From assembly GCA_044229145.1 (NCBI GenBank), contig JBGATO010000004.1:1-64000 (forward strand): DNA of 64,000 nt, read 5' to 3'. Positions 1 to 13,014 of this stretch are shown in pieces; positions within the stretch are counted from its first letter, which is position 1; each line of letters opens with the position of its first letter. Made by a program: the position numbers and the translations under genes. The stretch is from Candidatus Eiseniibacteriota bacterium. Lineage in GTDB: Bacteria > Eisenbacteria > RBG-16-71-46 > CAZEPH01. The notes under the pieces are model-generated. The model did not search any database, was not told where the DNA came from, and was given only the letters and a program-made list of their open reading frames with translations.

Positions 1-646
<646 letters not shown>

Positions 647-671
647 CGGAGTAAGGTCGGTGTCGGGCGAC

Positions 672-1859
672 ATGACTAGCACAGGCGCAGTAGATCCCGT
701 GCATGCCGCGGTCAACGCCGCGATCGGGCGGGTCGGACCCGGCCTCTACGGCGTCGCGTGCTCGGGCGGCGCCGACTCGATGGCGCTCGCCCACGCGACG
801 ATCGCCGCCGCCGGCGCCACCAACGTCGTCGTGATCACGATCGACCACCAGCTCCAGCCCGGCTCCGGGCGGGTCGCCGCCGGCGTCGCCGCGTGGGCGG
901 TGGAGCAGGGGGCCGCCGCGGTGGTCCGGGCCGTCGAGGTGCCCGCGCGCGCGTCGGTCGAGGCCGCCGCCCGCGATGCCCGCTACGCCGCGCTCGACGC
1001 GATCGCCGACGAGCTCGGCCTCTCCGCGGTGTTCCTCGGACACACCGCGCGCGATCAGGCGGAGACCGTCCTCATGCGGATCCTGCGGGGTACCGGTCCG
1101 GCCGGACTGGGCGGTATCCCGGCGCGGCGTGGCCGGTTTCATCGCCCGCTGCTCGCGCTGCCGCGCACGGCGATCGACGACTTCGTCACCCGGCACGCGC
1201 TGCCGATCGCCGCGGATCCGATGAACGACGATTTCAAGCTCGCCCGGGTCCGGATCCGCTCGACGATCCTCCCCGCGCTCCGCGGCGAGAACCCGCAGCT
1301 CGACGCCGCGCTCGTCCGGCTCGCCGCCAGCGCGGCCGAGTGGACGGCCGTGCTCGACGAGCTGTCCGGCCCGCACGCGGCGTTCCCGATCGACTGCCGC
1401 GCGCTGTCCGGCCAGCCGGCCGCGGTGCGAAAGCGCGCGCTCGCGCGGGCGCTCGAGGCCGCCGGCATCGATCACGACGCCGTCCATCTCGACGAGCTCG
1501 ACGCGCTCGTGCTGCGCCCGGCCGCCGGGCAGGTGTCGGTCGACCTGCCGGCGCGCCGGATCACGCGGACCTACGATCAGCTGTCTCCGGACATTGGGGC
1601 GGATCCCGTCGCCGCGCTGCGCGCACCGGACGGTCCGTACGAGCTGCGGCCCTGGCAGCCGGGGGACCGCATGCGACCCGCGCGCCTGAAGGGCCGATCG
1701 CGGAAGCTGTCGGACCTCTACATCGATGCGAAGGTGCCGCGCGCGGAACGCGACGGCGCGCGCGTTGTCGTACGCACGACCGATGGCGAGATCGTGTGGG
1801 CCGAGCATCTCGGAACTGCATTCGGCGAAGGTGCCGAAGTCGAACCGAAACCAGCCTGA
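672..1859 (+). CDS. tilS: tRNA(Ile)-lysidine synthase
   Basis: PP-loop [39 protein letters not shown]-terminal [13 protein letters not shown]. Start reassigned to ATG 672. Confidence 0.95.
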   Translation: MTSTGAVDPVHAAVNAAIGRVGPGLYGVACSGGADSMALAHATIAAAGATNVVVITIDHQLQPGSGRVAAGVAAWAVEQGAAAVVRAVEVPARASVEAAARDARYAALDAIADELGLSAVFLGHTARDQAETVLMRILRGTGPAGLGGIPARRGRFHRPLLALPRTAIDDFVTRHALPIAADPMNDDFKLARVRIRSTILPALRGENPQLDAALVRLAASAAEWTAVLDELSGPHAAFPIDCRALSGQPAAVRKRALARALEAAGIDHDAVHLDELDALVLRPAAGQVSVDLPARRITRTYDQLSPDIGADPVAALRAPDGPYELRPWQPGDRMRPARLKGRSRKLSDLYIDAKVPRAERDGARVVVRTTDGEIVWAEHLGTAFGEGAEVEPKPA

Positions 1860-1951
1860 ATGGTCGGGGTCTTTTCGAGAGATTTCGACTTTGCAACCAG
1901 GGGCAAGTGGCCCATGCTAGTGGGCAAGTCCTCCTGACGAGCGGGTTTTCG

Positions 1952-3951
<2,000 letters not shown>

Positions 3952-3955
<4 letters not shown>

Positions 3956-5274
3956 CCTCCGGGCCGGGCGACCGCTCGGCCGTCGCGCACCCCGCGGCGG
4001 CCGAGCGCGACGCACCGCCCGCCGTCGCACCCGCCGCTTCCGCGTCAGCCGCCGTTCCCGCTCGCCTCCTCGTCCCCGGTTCGCTCGACGATCTCCGGCG
4101 CGAGATGTTCCGCGTCGGCGTGGACCCAGAAGGCGTGGCGATCATGGCGCCGCTCGCCGCCACGGTGATCGTGCGGCTCGAGAATCTCTCCGCCCCCGCC
4201 TGCAACATCCTGAAGCAGGAGATGCTCGCGTGCGGCGGCGACGCCGCCGTGCATCGCGATGTCATCACCGCGCGGTCGCCGCGCGGCGGGGCGATCGTGT
4301 TCGGGACACGGCGCGCCTTGCTCACCGTCGCGCACAAACTCGGCGCGCAACCATTCGGTCTCGCGGCGGCCGGCCGCGCGCTGCGCGAGTTACTCGAAAC
4401 GCCTGCGGAGCCGGCGACGCTGCGCTGCGGCACACACCAGTTCCCGCGCGGCCGCACGCTGGTCATGGGCATCCTCAACGTTACGCCCGATTCATTCTCC
4501 GACGGTGGCGCGTGGCTGGCGCCCTCCGATGCGGCGCGCCACGCCGAGGCGATGCTGCGTGACGGCGCCGACATGATCGACGTCGGCGGCGTCAGCACGC
4601 GGCCCGGCGCGGTACCGGTCGACGCCGACGAGGAGTGGGCGCGCGTCGCGCCGGTACTCGATGCGCTGCGTCCGCTCGGCGCGTGCGTGTCGATCGACAC
4701 CTCGACGCCGGAGGTCGCCGCGCGCGCGTGTGCTGCCGGCGCCTCGCTGGTCAACGACGTCACCGGCCTCGCCGCCGGCGACGACCTCGCACGCATTGCC
4801 GCCGCGCACGACGCCGCGCTCTGCGTCATGCACATGCGCGGCACCCCGCGCGACATGGCCCAGCACACGCACTACGATGACCTGATGGGCGAGATCCTCG
4901 AAACGCTCGGCGCCGCACTGCGGCGTGCGTGCGGCGCCGGAGTGGCCTCCGAGAGCCTTCTCGTCGATCCCGGACTCGGCTTCGCCAAGACCGCGGCGCA
5001 GAATCTGGTGATCCTCCGCCGCCTGGCCGAACTGGCGACGCTTGGCACGCCGGTGTTGGTGGGCGCCTCGCGGAAGTCGTTCCTCGGCGCCCTCGCCGCT
5101 GCCCCAGACGGCACGCCCGCGCCCGTCGACGATCGACTCGAGGGCAGCGCGGCAGCCGCCGTGCTTGCCGCAGCCGCAGGCGCGCGGGTGCTGCGCGTCC
5201 ATGATGTGCGCGCCACCGTGCGCGCCCTGCGCGTCGCCGACGCCGTGCGCACCGCGCGCGAGGAGACGCCGTGA
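3952..5274 (+). CDS. folP: Dihydropteroate synthase with an N-terminal pteroate-reductase-like domain
   Basis: [40 protein letters not shown] overlap with the ftsH stop. Confidence 0.95.
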
Positions 5275-6128
5275 TCCCGTCCTTCGACTGGACCGCCTAC
5301 ACGCTCGACCCCACCGTGCGCGAGATCGTCCTCGCGGTGTTCGACATCTTGGTGGTCGCGCTCGCGCTGTACCGCATCTTCATCATCATCCGCGGCACGC
5401 GCGCGGCGCAGATGTTCGTCGGCTTGCTGGGCATCGTGCTGGCGTCGATCGTCGCCAGCTGGGTGAAGCTCGAAACCGTGAACTGGATCGTACGCAACTT
5501 CACGCCGGTCTGGATGGTCGCGTTCGTCATCCTGTTCCAGCCCGAACTTCGGCGTGCCCTCGCGATGATCGGCCAGAGCCGGTGGGTCGGATCGCTGGTG
5601 CGCGTCGAACCGTACGGCGTGCTCGGCGAAGTGTTGCGCGCCGTCGAATCGATGGCACAGCGGCGCGTCGGCGCACTCATCGTGTTCGAACGCGACATGG
5701 GACTGCGCAACTACATGGAGACCGGCCGCCGCATCGATGCCCGCGTGTCGGCCGAGTTGATCGAGACCGTCTTCACCAACGGCACGCCGCTGCACGACGG
5801 CGCGATCATCATCCGCGGCGAGACCGCGGTGGCCGCCGGCTGTCTGCTGCCGCTATCACCCTCGCCCGTGCCGTCGCCGCTCGGCACGCGCCACCGCGCC
5901 GCGCTCGGATTGTCGGAGGAGACCGACGGCCTCGTCTTGGTAGTGAGCGAGCAGCGCGGCGCCGTCAGCCTCGCCTACCGTGGCCGCCTGCTGACGAACT
6001 TGAACAGCGGCCAGCTGCGCGCCGAACTCGCCAACATCTTCGGCAAGGCGGCGAAGGACGCGCTCGAGAAGGACGGCCCGCGCGGCCGTGTCGTCGAGGC
6101 CGCCGGCGCAGTGGAGGCGCGCGGCTAG
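5271..6128 (+). CDS. cdaA: Diadenylate cyclase CdaA/DacA
   Basis: Three TM helices, FQPELRRAL, catalytic PLHDGA and GTRHRAA motifs. Confidence 0.95.
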   Translation: MIPSFDWTAYTLDPTVREIVLAVFDILVVALALYRIFIIIRGTRAAQMFVGLLGIVLASIVASWVKLETVNWIVRNFTPVWMVAFVILFQPELRRALAMIGQSRWVGSLVRVEPYGVLGEVLRAVESMAQRRVGALIVFERDMGLRNYMETGRRIDARVSAELIETVFTNGTPLHDGAIIIRGETAVAAGCLLPLSPSPVPSPLGTRHRAALGLSEETDGLVLVVSEQRGAVSLAYRGRLLTNLNSGQLRAELANIFGKAAKDALEKDGPRGRVVEAAGAVEARG

Positions 6129-6155
6129 CGTCCCATCCTCACGAACGTAACGCAG

Positions 6156-6188
6156 CGGGGGCGCGGCCTGGCGATGGCCGCGCCCCCG
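6156..6188. terminator. GC-rich hairpin between convergent cdaA and DUF885 genes
   Basis: CGGGGGCGCGGCC-N7-GGCCGCGCCCCCG, perfect 13-bp stem. Confidence 0.7.
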
Positions 6189-6208
6189 TGTATTCGTGTC
6201 CGATGTCG

Positions 6209-7858
6209 TTACGCCGGAATCGCCGGCTCCAATTCCAGCACATGGGCGCGGACCAGTGGCACCGGAATCGTCCCAGCCGACAACACGCGCGCGTGGAAGT
6301 CGTGCAGCGAAAACGCCGCGCCCTCGCGCGCCTTGACCTCGTCGCGCAAATCGAGAAGCGCCAGCTTGCCCAGCATGTACGACGACGGCTGCGTCGGCGT
6401 CATGCAGTAGCGCGTGACTTCGGAGCGCGCGTTCGCCGGCTCCAGCCGCACCTCGTCGACCATGAACGCGACCGCCTCGTCGAACGTCATCTCGCCGGTG
6501 TGGAGCCCGACATCGACGATGATGCGTCCGGCCCGCCAGAGCGCGTCCTTCAACTGCCACAAGCGCAAGAGCGGGTCGCTGTAGAATCCCTCTTCCCACA
6601 TCATCTGCTCGCAGTAGAGCGCCCATCCCTCGGCGAGCACGGACGAATCGCCCATCAATCGCGCGAGCGAACCGCACCGGTTGGCGTGCATCAGTTGGAG
6701 GTGGTGTCCCGGATACGCCTCATGCACTGCGGTGAGGATGCGGCTCGCGCGGCAGTGTCCTTGCAACTGATCGCGCTGGTCGTCCGCGGACGCCTGCGCA
6801 TCGACCGGCGTGACGTAGAAGTGCCCTTCCTGCACGGTCTCGAACGGTCCGGGCTGCTGGTACGCCGCATAGGGAATCACCGGGCGGTCGAACACCGGCG
6901 TCTCCACGATCTTGCAGATCTCGCCGTCCGGAATCGGCGCGATGTGCTTCTCGCGCACGAAGCGCACGCAGGCGGCGGTTTCCTCGACATAGCGCGCCAG
7001 CACTTCGCCCGCTTCCGGCACGTCCTGCTTCGCGCGCTCGATGAGGTCGATCCAGGTGGCCGCCGGGTCGATCTGTCGCGCGGTGTCTTCGAGCTGTTGC
7101 CGCAGCTCCGCGAACACCGCGCGGCCGCGCGCCGCGATCCCGGCCGCGTCCTCCGGCAGCAGGTGCTCGTGGCGGAACAGCCAATCCAGCTTCTCGCGGC
7201 CGATGCACCAGTTGCCCTGCGCGGTGGGGGCAATCTCGTCGGTGAGCGCGGCCGCATAGGCAGTAAACGCCGCCGCCGCCGCCGCGGCCGGTCCCTCGAG
7301 GACAGGCAAGAGCGTCGCATCGCGGTCACGCACGTAGCCGAGGACTTCCTCGACGAACGCGGCGCCACCTCCCGCCACCTGCGCGCCGACCTTGGCGAAC
7401 AGCGGCGGCACGTCGCGCAACTGCGCGCGCGCCGTGTCGAGCCAGGCCGGAATTGCCTGCAAGCGTGCCGCCATCGCCCGCACGCGCGGTTCGAGCGGCA
7501 GGTGGCCCCGCAGCATGAGGAAGTACACCGCGTAGATCGCCCACTCCGCCGCACGCGAGGGGTTCGTCTCATGCTCGCGGAGCTCCCGCGTGCGGAACAC
7601 CGAGGACTCCAGTGTGGCGAGCAGCAGCGCGCGGTCGATCCGCCGGGCCGGCTCCATCGTCTCCGCCGGAATCGCGCGAAGCCGGTCGAGCAGCGCCGCG
7701 TAGTCCGCCACTTGCGCGGCGATCGCGCCGGCGCTGTTGTCCGGCATGCGCGCGTCGCGTTCGTGCCGGCCATACATCGTGGCAACGATCGGATTGTGCA
7801 GGAAGATCGTCTCGACGATGTCCCGCTCCACGCGGTCGAACGGATGCATGTCGCTCAT
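6209..7858 (-). CDS. DUF885 family protein (putative zinc metallopeptidase)
   Basis: HEAYPGHHLQ, EGWALYCE, EVTRY..PTQ..SYMLG, DFHARVL. Start at ATG 7858 with SD CAGGAG, overlapping the thiL stop. Confidence 0.9.
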   Translation of the reverse strand: MSDMHPFDRVERDIVETIFLHNPIVATMYGRHERDARMPDNSAGAIAAQVADYAALLDRLRAIPAETMEPARRIDRALLLATLESSVFRTRELREHETNPSRAAEWAIYAVYFLMLRGHLPLEPRVRAMAARLQAIPAWLDTARAQLRDVPPLFAKVGAQVAGGGAAFVEEVLGYVRDRDATLLPVLEGPAAAAAAAFTAYAAALTDEIAPTAQGNWCIGREKLDWLFRHEHLLPEDAAGIAARGRAVFAELRQQLEDTARQIDPAATWIDLIERAKQDVPEAGEVLARYVEETAACVRFVREKHIAPIPDGEICKIVETPVFDRPVIPYAAYQQPGPFETVQEGHFYVTPVDAQASADDQRDQLQGHCRASRILTAVHEAYPGHHLQLMHANRCGSLARLMGDSSVLAEGWALYCEQMMWEEGFYSDPLLRLWQLKDALWRAGRIIVDVGLHTGEMTFDEAVAFMVDEVRLEPANARSEVTRYCMTPTQPSSYMLGKLALLDLRDEVKAREGAAFSLHDFHARVLSAGTIPVPLVRAHVLELEPAIPA

Positions 7859-8949
7859 GGTGTCTCCTGAGAACGGTAATGATCGAAGCCCCGCGCACGC
7901 AGGGCCCGGCGCCGGCCTGTCGTGTCGACCACGTCGACGTGCGCTCGCCCGGAGGACTCGACACGGCCCACGACGTGGAGCGCCACCCGGGCCTCCCGCG
8001 CCAGCGCCGCGCGCGCGGCGCTCACCCGACGCGACGGCATCGCCACGAGTAGCTCGTAGTCTTCGCCGCCGCTCCACGCCACCTCGAATGGATCGAGTCC
8101 GAGCCGCGGCGCGACACGCTGCACCACCGGCGCGACCGGAACGGCGTCGGCGTCCAGCGTCAGGCGCACCCCACTCGCGCGGGCGATGTGCCAGAGCTCG
8201 GACGCCAATCCATCGCTGATGTCGATCATCGCGTGGGCGCCGTGCCGCGCCAAGAGGACGCCAGCGCGGGGTTGCGCGTGCCCTGAAAGGTGTCGGCGCA
8301 GCGCCATCGCGCTGCCCGCTCCGAAGCGGCGAGCCAGGCGGCGGCGCGCGTCCGCGGTGGCCGCAGCACCGGGCGGCAGTTCGCCGAGAAGCCGCAGTCC
8401 AAGCTCTGACTCACCGAGCCGGCCGGTCACACAGAGTACGTCTCCCGGCTGAGCTCCGCTACGTGTGACTGCGGCCCGCGCCGCCACCTGACCCAGCATC
8501 GTGACGCTGAGAACGAGTTGATCGGCGCCTACCGTATCGCCGCCCACCAGAGGGCACCCGAAGTGCGAGGCGGCGCGCGCAAAACCCCGGGCGAGAGCGG
8601 CGAGCCACCGGGCCGAGGTGTCTGCCGGGGCACCGAGTGCCAGGACAGCCCCGAGCGGCGTGCCCCCCATCGCGGCGATGTCGCTGACGTTGCACGCGAA
8701 CGCCTTGCGCGCGAGTTCCGCCGGCGTCGACCAGTCACGCTGGAAGTGTCTGCGCTCGACGAGCGCATCGACGGTGACCAAGAGCCCGCGGCGAGGCCGG
8801 GCGAGGACTGCGGTGTCGTCGCCGATTCCGATCCGCCAGGGACCTGTCCCACCCGCCGTGCAGGCGCGGCGGAACAAGTCGATCGCGCGGAATTCGCCGA
8901 GATCAGCGAGGCGCTGCGCGGAACGGCCGCGCGTCTGGGAGGTCTTCAC
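7855..8949 (-). CDS. thiL: Thiamine-monophosphate kinase
   Basis: GIGDDTA, NVSDIAAMGG, VGGDT, MIDISDGL, GGEDYELL, C-terminal GFDHY. Confidence 0.95.
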   Translation of the reverse strand: MKTSQTRGRSAQRLADLGEFRAIDLFRRACTAGGTGPWRIGIGDDTAVLARPRRGLLVTVDALVERRHFQRDWSTPAELARKAFACNVSDIAAMGGTPLGAVLALGAPADTSARWLAALARGFARAASHFGCPLVGGDTVGADQLVLSVTMLGQVAARAAVTRSGAQPGDVLCVTGRLGESELGLRLLGELPPGAAATADARRRLARRFGAGSAMALRRHLSGHAQPRAGVLLARHGAHAMIDISDGLASELWHIARASGVRLTLDADAVPVAPVVQRVAPRLGLDPFEVAWSGGEDYELLVAMPSRRVSAARAALAREARVALHVVGRVESSGRAHVDVVDTTGRRRALRARGFDHYRSQETP

Positions 8950-8958
8950 GGCGCCGCA

Positions 8959-10029
8959 TCATACCGGGACTCCCAGGGCCACCGCGAGCCCGGCCATCGA
9001 CACCACGTCCACCGCGTTGTGCTGCAGGATGGGAGCGACCACGGACGGATCGGCCGTGCGCACGAAGCGATGGAATTGCTCCGGCACCTCCCGTGAGGGG
9101 AGATCCTGCCTGCGCGGCCGTCCCAGGATCACCGCCTCCAGGGTGCCCAGCCGACAATTCGCCACGTAGCCGCGCCAGGCGCGCCGCGCCAACGGAAGCA
9201 GGTCCGTATGCGCGGGAATGCGGAGCGGCGGAAGACCCCACAGCGTCGTGCGATCCCGGAGCGACGGCAAATCGAACGAGGCTCCGTTGAAGGTGACGAT
9301 GCGGGTGGCCCGCTGCACTTCCCGCGCCACGGCGCGCAGCATCGCCTCCTCTGAGGGGTAATCGACGGCCAGGTACTGACGCACCACGATGCGTCGGCCA
9401 ACGACCCAGGCACAGCCGACGAGCAGGATCGGCGCATTCGCCAGACCGGCGGTTTCGATGTCGAGAAAGAGGGTTCCCGCACGGCGGGGTCGGGACGAAT
9501 CGCCCGCCTCCCTCGAAGCGGGGAGGGAACATGCGGGAAGCGCGCGGACCCACTCGAGGACTGCCGGCACGCGGGTGCGCACGGTTCGCACCAAGACGGT
9601 CGCGCGAGATTCTCCGGCGAGCGGGCAACACCCCAGCGCGGTGGCCAAGTCGTCACCCGACTGGAGGCGCACATCGGTTGGGGTCTCCGCCGCTGGCGAT
9701 GCGAAGAGACGCGGACGGGTGAAGTGCATCGCTGGCTCGGGACGACTGGCGGACGTCACGCTCCGGTTCGCCGCGGCACGCTGGAAGCGCGGAATCGGCG
9801 ACGCAAGTTTGCGAGCCGCCCGAACCGGCGGCGCGTGAACGGGAAGCGGCGGCCGCGAGATGCCAGCGGATTCCGACTCCTCCCCGCGTGGCAGTGCATC
9901 CGCAATCGCCAGCAGTCGGTTCGTCCGGGCGCGGAATTCGGCTTGGAGCTCCGGCGTCGCCCCGATGCGGGGCAGGCCGTCCGCCCCCCACGCCATCCCC
10001 GGCACCTTTTGCACACGGTGAACTCGCAT
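8959..10029 (-). CDS. RNase H-like (DEDD) exonuclease, YprB/MrfB family
   Basis: FLDIETAGL, VTFNGASFDLP, HTDLL, CRLGTLE, HNAVDV. Directly follows the DUF1998 helicase, SD GGAGG. Confidence 0.88.
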   Translation of the reverse strand: MRVHRVQKVPGMAWGADGLPRIGATPELQAEFRARTNRLLAIADALPRGEESESAGISRPPLPVHAPPVRAARKLASPIPRFQRAAANRSVTSASRPEPAMHFTRPRLFASPAAETPTDVRLQSGDDLATALGCCPLAGESRATVLVRTVRTRVPAVLEWVRALPACSLPASREAGDSSRPRRAGTLFLDIETAGLANAPILLVGCAWVVGRRIVVRQYLAVDYPSEEAMLRAVAREVQRATRIVTFNGASFDLPSLRDRTTLWGLPPLRIPAHTDLLPLARRAWRGYVANCRLGTLEAVILGRPRRQDLPSREVPEQFHRFVRTADPSVVAPILQHNAVDVVSMAGLAVALGVPV

Positions 10030-12564
10030 CTACACCTCCTCGCCAACCGGCCAGGCATCGCGGAGCAGTTCGAGCAGCGCGCGCGTTGCGGCCTTCGACG
10101 GAATCGGGTAGCCCGTGCCCAAATCCGGATCTTGTTGAGTTGCCGGCCGCACGACCGGCAGACCGACACAGGACGGACAGCCGTCGGCGCAGGGGCAGTC
10201 GACGACGAGGTCGTACGCCATGCGCGCCAGCCGCCCGAAGTCCGCGAACGCCCGCCGTGCATAGCCGAGTCCGCCCGGAAAGCGGTCGTAGAGAAAGAGG
10301 GACGGATACGGCGCGTTGCCTGACTCCACGATGCCACCGACGTCCGCAGGCTCGGTCATCGCGAGGATCGGCCACACGGTCATGAGCACGTTGCGAAGCC
10401 CGCCGAGTGCCTCACGCGGCGCGTGGCCGGCGCGGGCCAATGCGTCCGCCACCGCCGGCGTCAGCGCCCACGAGACGGCTTCGGTCTCCAGCGTCTGCGG
10501 TGGGAGGTCGAGCATCCCGTAGCCGATGGACTCGAGCGTCTGGTAGCGGATCTTCTTGAAGAAGGCGGTCACCCAGCTGACCGTCACGGTGTGCAGGGTG
10601 AGTGCCTGCGGACCTCGCTCGACCGAGTCCCCGTTCGCCAGGACGTTGAGGCGTGTTTCGAGAACAGGCTGGGTGTAGTAGTCGGTTTCACGCGGCTCCA
10701 CGGAGGCGATCTTCGACACCAAATCGAGCGACCGCACGAAGAACGATGCGCCCTCGTGGAGGTAGATCGCACCGGGGTACACGACCTCGGGAGCGCTGAT
10801 GGCGTCCACCGTGCCCAGCACGCGCTCGCCCGCAGAGTCTTCGACGATCGTCACCGTATCGGACGACATGAGGCGGAGGCTGACCTGTCGCGCGGGTGGA
10901 TCCCCCGTCGCCCAAAAATACCGGCCGCGCATTGCCGCCAAATAGCCCTCGTGCGTCAGCGCGGCAAGCGACTCCGCCGCGCGTGCCCCGAAGAGCACCG
11001 CATCCTCTTCCGCCAAGGGCAACTCCGCGGCCGCGCACGCAAGTTGAGCCCGTAGGATCGCCGCATTCTCCGGGTCGATGATGGCGGCCTCTGGTGTCTG
11101 GTCGAAGAAGTAGCGGGGGTGACGAACGAGGTACTGGTCGATTGGGTCCTCGTACGCGATGGCGATGGAGAGTGCGTCGCGGCCCGAGCGTCCCGCCCGC
11201 CCTACTTGCTGCCAGGTGCTGGCAATCGTGGGGGGAAATCCCACGAGAACCGAGGCATCCAGACTCCCGACATCGATCCCCATCTCCAGCGCGTTGGTGC
11301 TGACGACGGCGCGCAATTGCCCGGAAAACAACCGCGCTTCGATGTCGCGGCGTTCAGCCGGGAGGTATCCACCACGGTACGGGCTGACGGCATCCGCCAG
11401 CGAACCCGCCCCACCCGGTAATACGTACGAATCGAGGCGATCTTTCGCATACCGGTAGACGAGTTCCGTCACCACGCGCGACTTCGTGAAGACGATACTC
11501 GGCACGCCGTGCAGTACGAGTTGGCTGAGCAAGGCGGCGGCATCCACGCTGGCACTGCGGCGCGTAGGCTCGGGCGGACGGACCGGCGCCGGATTCCAGA
11601 AGACGAAGCGGCGCGGCGAGCGAGGCGCCCCATCGGACCGGACACGGCTGACCGGCACGCCCACCAGCCGCGACGCCTGCTCCTCGGCGTTGCGGATGGT
11701 GGCCGAGCACATCAGGAATTGCGGCGACGCACCATAATGCGCGGCCACGCGACGCAGCCGTCGCAAGACGTTGGCGACGTGCGAACCGAAGATCCCGCGA
11801 TAGCTATGCACCTCATCCACGACCACCAGAGACAGCCCGCTGAAGAACCGCGACCACCGCGGGTGGCCCGGCAGGATCCCGGCGTGCAGCATGTCGGGAT
11901 TCGAGAGGATGACGCGGCCGGTGTCGCGGAGCGAACGTCGTGCGGCCGCCGGGGTGTCTCCGTCGTACGTTCCGCAGATCAGGTCGCGGACGCCGGGCGG
12001 GGTGCTCTCCGGTGGTAGCCCGGCGAGCAGCCGCGTGAGTGCGCCCCGTTGGTCTTGCGCAAGCGGCTTGGTGGGGAACAGCAACAGCGCGGTGGCGTGC
12101 GGGTTGTCCGCCAGGCGTTCGAGGAGGGGGAGCAGAAAGCACAAGCTCTTCCCTCCCGCCGTGCCCGACACCACGACCAGATCTTCGCCCTCGCGCAGCC
12201 GTTCCACCGCCTCGGCTTGGTGTGCGTACAGCCGTTCGATGCCCTGCGCTCGCAGTGAGTCACCAATCCATGGAGCCAGCGCCGGATCCGGATCCCGGTA
12301 CTCAGCCGCCCGCGCGGGAATGTCTTCCACGTGGACGACTTCACCTGCGTATTCACGCTGGCCGGTGATGGCGCCGAGTGCCGCGGAGGGACCTTGGCGC
12401 ACCGGCAAGCCCGCACGCGGGGGCGGAAGGAGAAGCGCGGCGCGCTCCCCCCCGTCGTCGTGCAGCCGGGGCAGCAAGGTACGCGTCGGGTCGATTCCAC
12501 CGCGCCACCGATCGACGGGCGGGTCGACCTCGAGCGGCAATTGCGGCAGAGGCACCGAGGACAC
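10030..12564 (-). CDS. DEAH-box helicase with DUF1998 (YprA/MrfA/SftH/Hrq1 family)
   Basis: LYAHQAEA, GTAGGKS, DEVHSYRGIFGSH, STNALEMGIDVG, QQVGRAGR, C-terminal CPCADGCPSC. Confidence 0.93.
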   Translation of the reverse strand: MSSVPLPQLPLEVDPPVDRWRGGIDPTRTLLPRLHDDGGERAALLLPPPRAGLPVRQGPSAALGAITGQREYAGEVVHVEDIPARAAEYRDPDPALAPWIGDSLRAQGIERLYAHQAEAVERLREGEDLVVVSGTAGGKSLCFLLPLLERLADNPHATALLLFPTKPLAQDQRGALTRLLAGLPPESTPPGVRDLICGTYDGDTPAAARRSLRDTGRVILSNPDMLHAGILPGHPRWSRFFSGLSLVVVDEVHSYRGIFGSHVANVLRRLRRVAAHYGASPQFLMCSATIRNAEEQASRLVGVPVSRVRSDGAPRSPRRFVFWNPAPVRPPEPTRRSASVDAAALLSQLVLHGVPSIVFTKSRVVTELVYRYAKDRLDSYVLPGGAGSLADAVSPYRGGYLPAERRDIEARLFSGQLRAVVSTNALEMGIDVGSLDASVLVGFPPTIASTWQQVGRAGRSGRDALSIAIAYEDPIDQYLVRHPRYFFDQTPEAAIIDPENAAILRAQLACAAAELPLAEEDAVLFGARAAESLAALTHEGYLAAMRGRYFWATGDPPARQVSLRLMSSDTVTIVEDSAGERVLGTVDAISAPEVVYPGAIYLHEGASFFVRSLDLVSKIASVEPRETDYYTQPVLETRLNVLANGDSVERGPQALTLHTVTVSWVTAFFKKIRYQTLESIGYGMLDLPPQTLETEAVSWALTPAVADALARAGHAPREALGGLRNVLMTVWPILAMTEPADVGGIVESGNAPYPSLFLYDRFPGGLGYARRAFADFGRLARMAYDLVVDCPCADGCPSCVGLPVVRPATQQDPDLGTGYPIPSKAATRALLELLRDAWPVGEEV

Positions 12565-12575
12565 GGGCGTCCGTC

Positions 12576-12866
12576 CTACCGCGACAGCACCGACAGCGTG
12601 GTTTCGATCGCCACGATTGCTGCGGCCGCGGCGGCAGGACCCGCCAGGCGACGCGCGGAGATGCGGAGGTCGCGCGTCACTTGTCCGAGCGTCCGCGGGC
12701 GCGCCAGGCGCGGGCCGCCGACGGCGAGCGCGACGCGCATGGCCAGCGTCTCACGCTTCCCGCGCACGTGCCGGCGCACACGCGCCCGCATGAAATCCGC
12801 TGCCACCGGCCGCGCGTCCAGGATCGAAGAGCCCCACATCGAGAAGTTCGTCTGCGCGTTCATCAT
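12576..12866 (-). CDS. 96-aa Arg-rich orphan with a hydrophobic C-terminus
   Basis: Strong SD AAGGAGG before tandem ATGATG; stop 11 nt upstream of the helicase start. No family recognised. Confidence 0.6.
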   Translation of the reverse strand: MMNAQTNFSMWGSSILDARPVAADFMRARVRRHVRGKRETLAMRVALAVGGPRLARPRTLGQVTRDLRISARRLAGPAAAAAAIVAIETTLSVLSR

Positions 12867-12922
12867 CTGCCTCCTTGTCGTTCAGCGATCGTGCCGCGAG
12901 CGCGTCCGTGCGCGTTCGTCGC

Positions 12923-12977
12923 TATCCGTTTGTGCAGTGAGATCACCTTAGCAGCCCCCTCCGACAATTTTGTGCAG
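12923..12977 (-). promoter_or_regulatory. Extended -10 promoter (TGcTAAGGT) flanked by two CTGCACAAA half-sites, candidate LexA operators
   Basis: TTTGTGCAGT occurs at 12929-12938 and 12969-12978; -10 at 12945-12950 on the minus strand; AT-rich intergenic region. Confidence 0.55.
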
Positions 12978-13014
12978 TAGATTCCGAGACTTGAGCTAAA
13001 ACGCAGAAATGAAA

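Noticed and set aside
8945..8965. TPP riboswitch before thiL, or thiL as an SOS gene
   Set aside because: Only a 9-nt gap, so no room for a riboswitch; a TATGAT -10 suggests an independent promoter.
10030..12564. DUF1998 helicase as DISARM DrmAB
   Set aside because: No methylase or other drm genes; the adjacent YprB-like exonuclease fits MrfAB.
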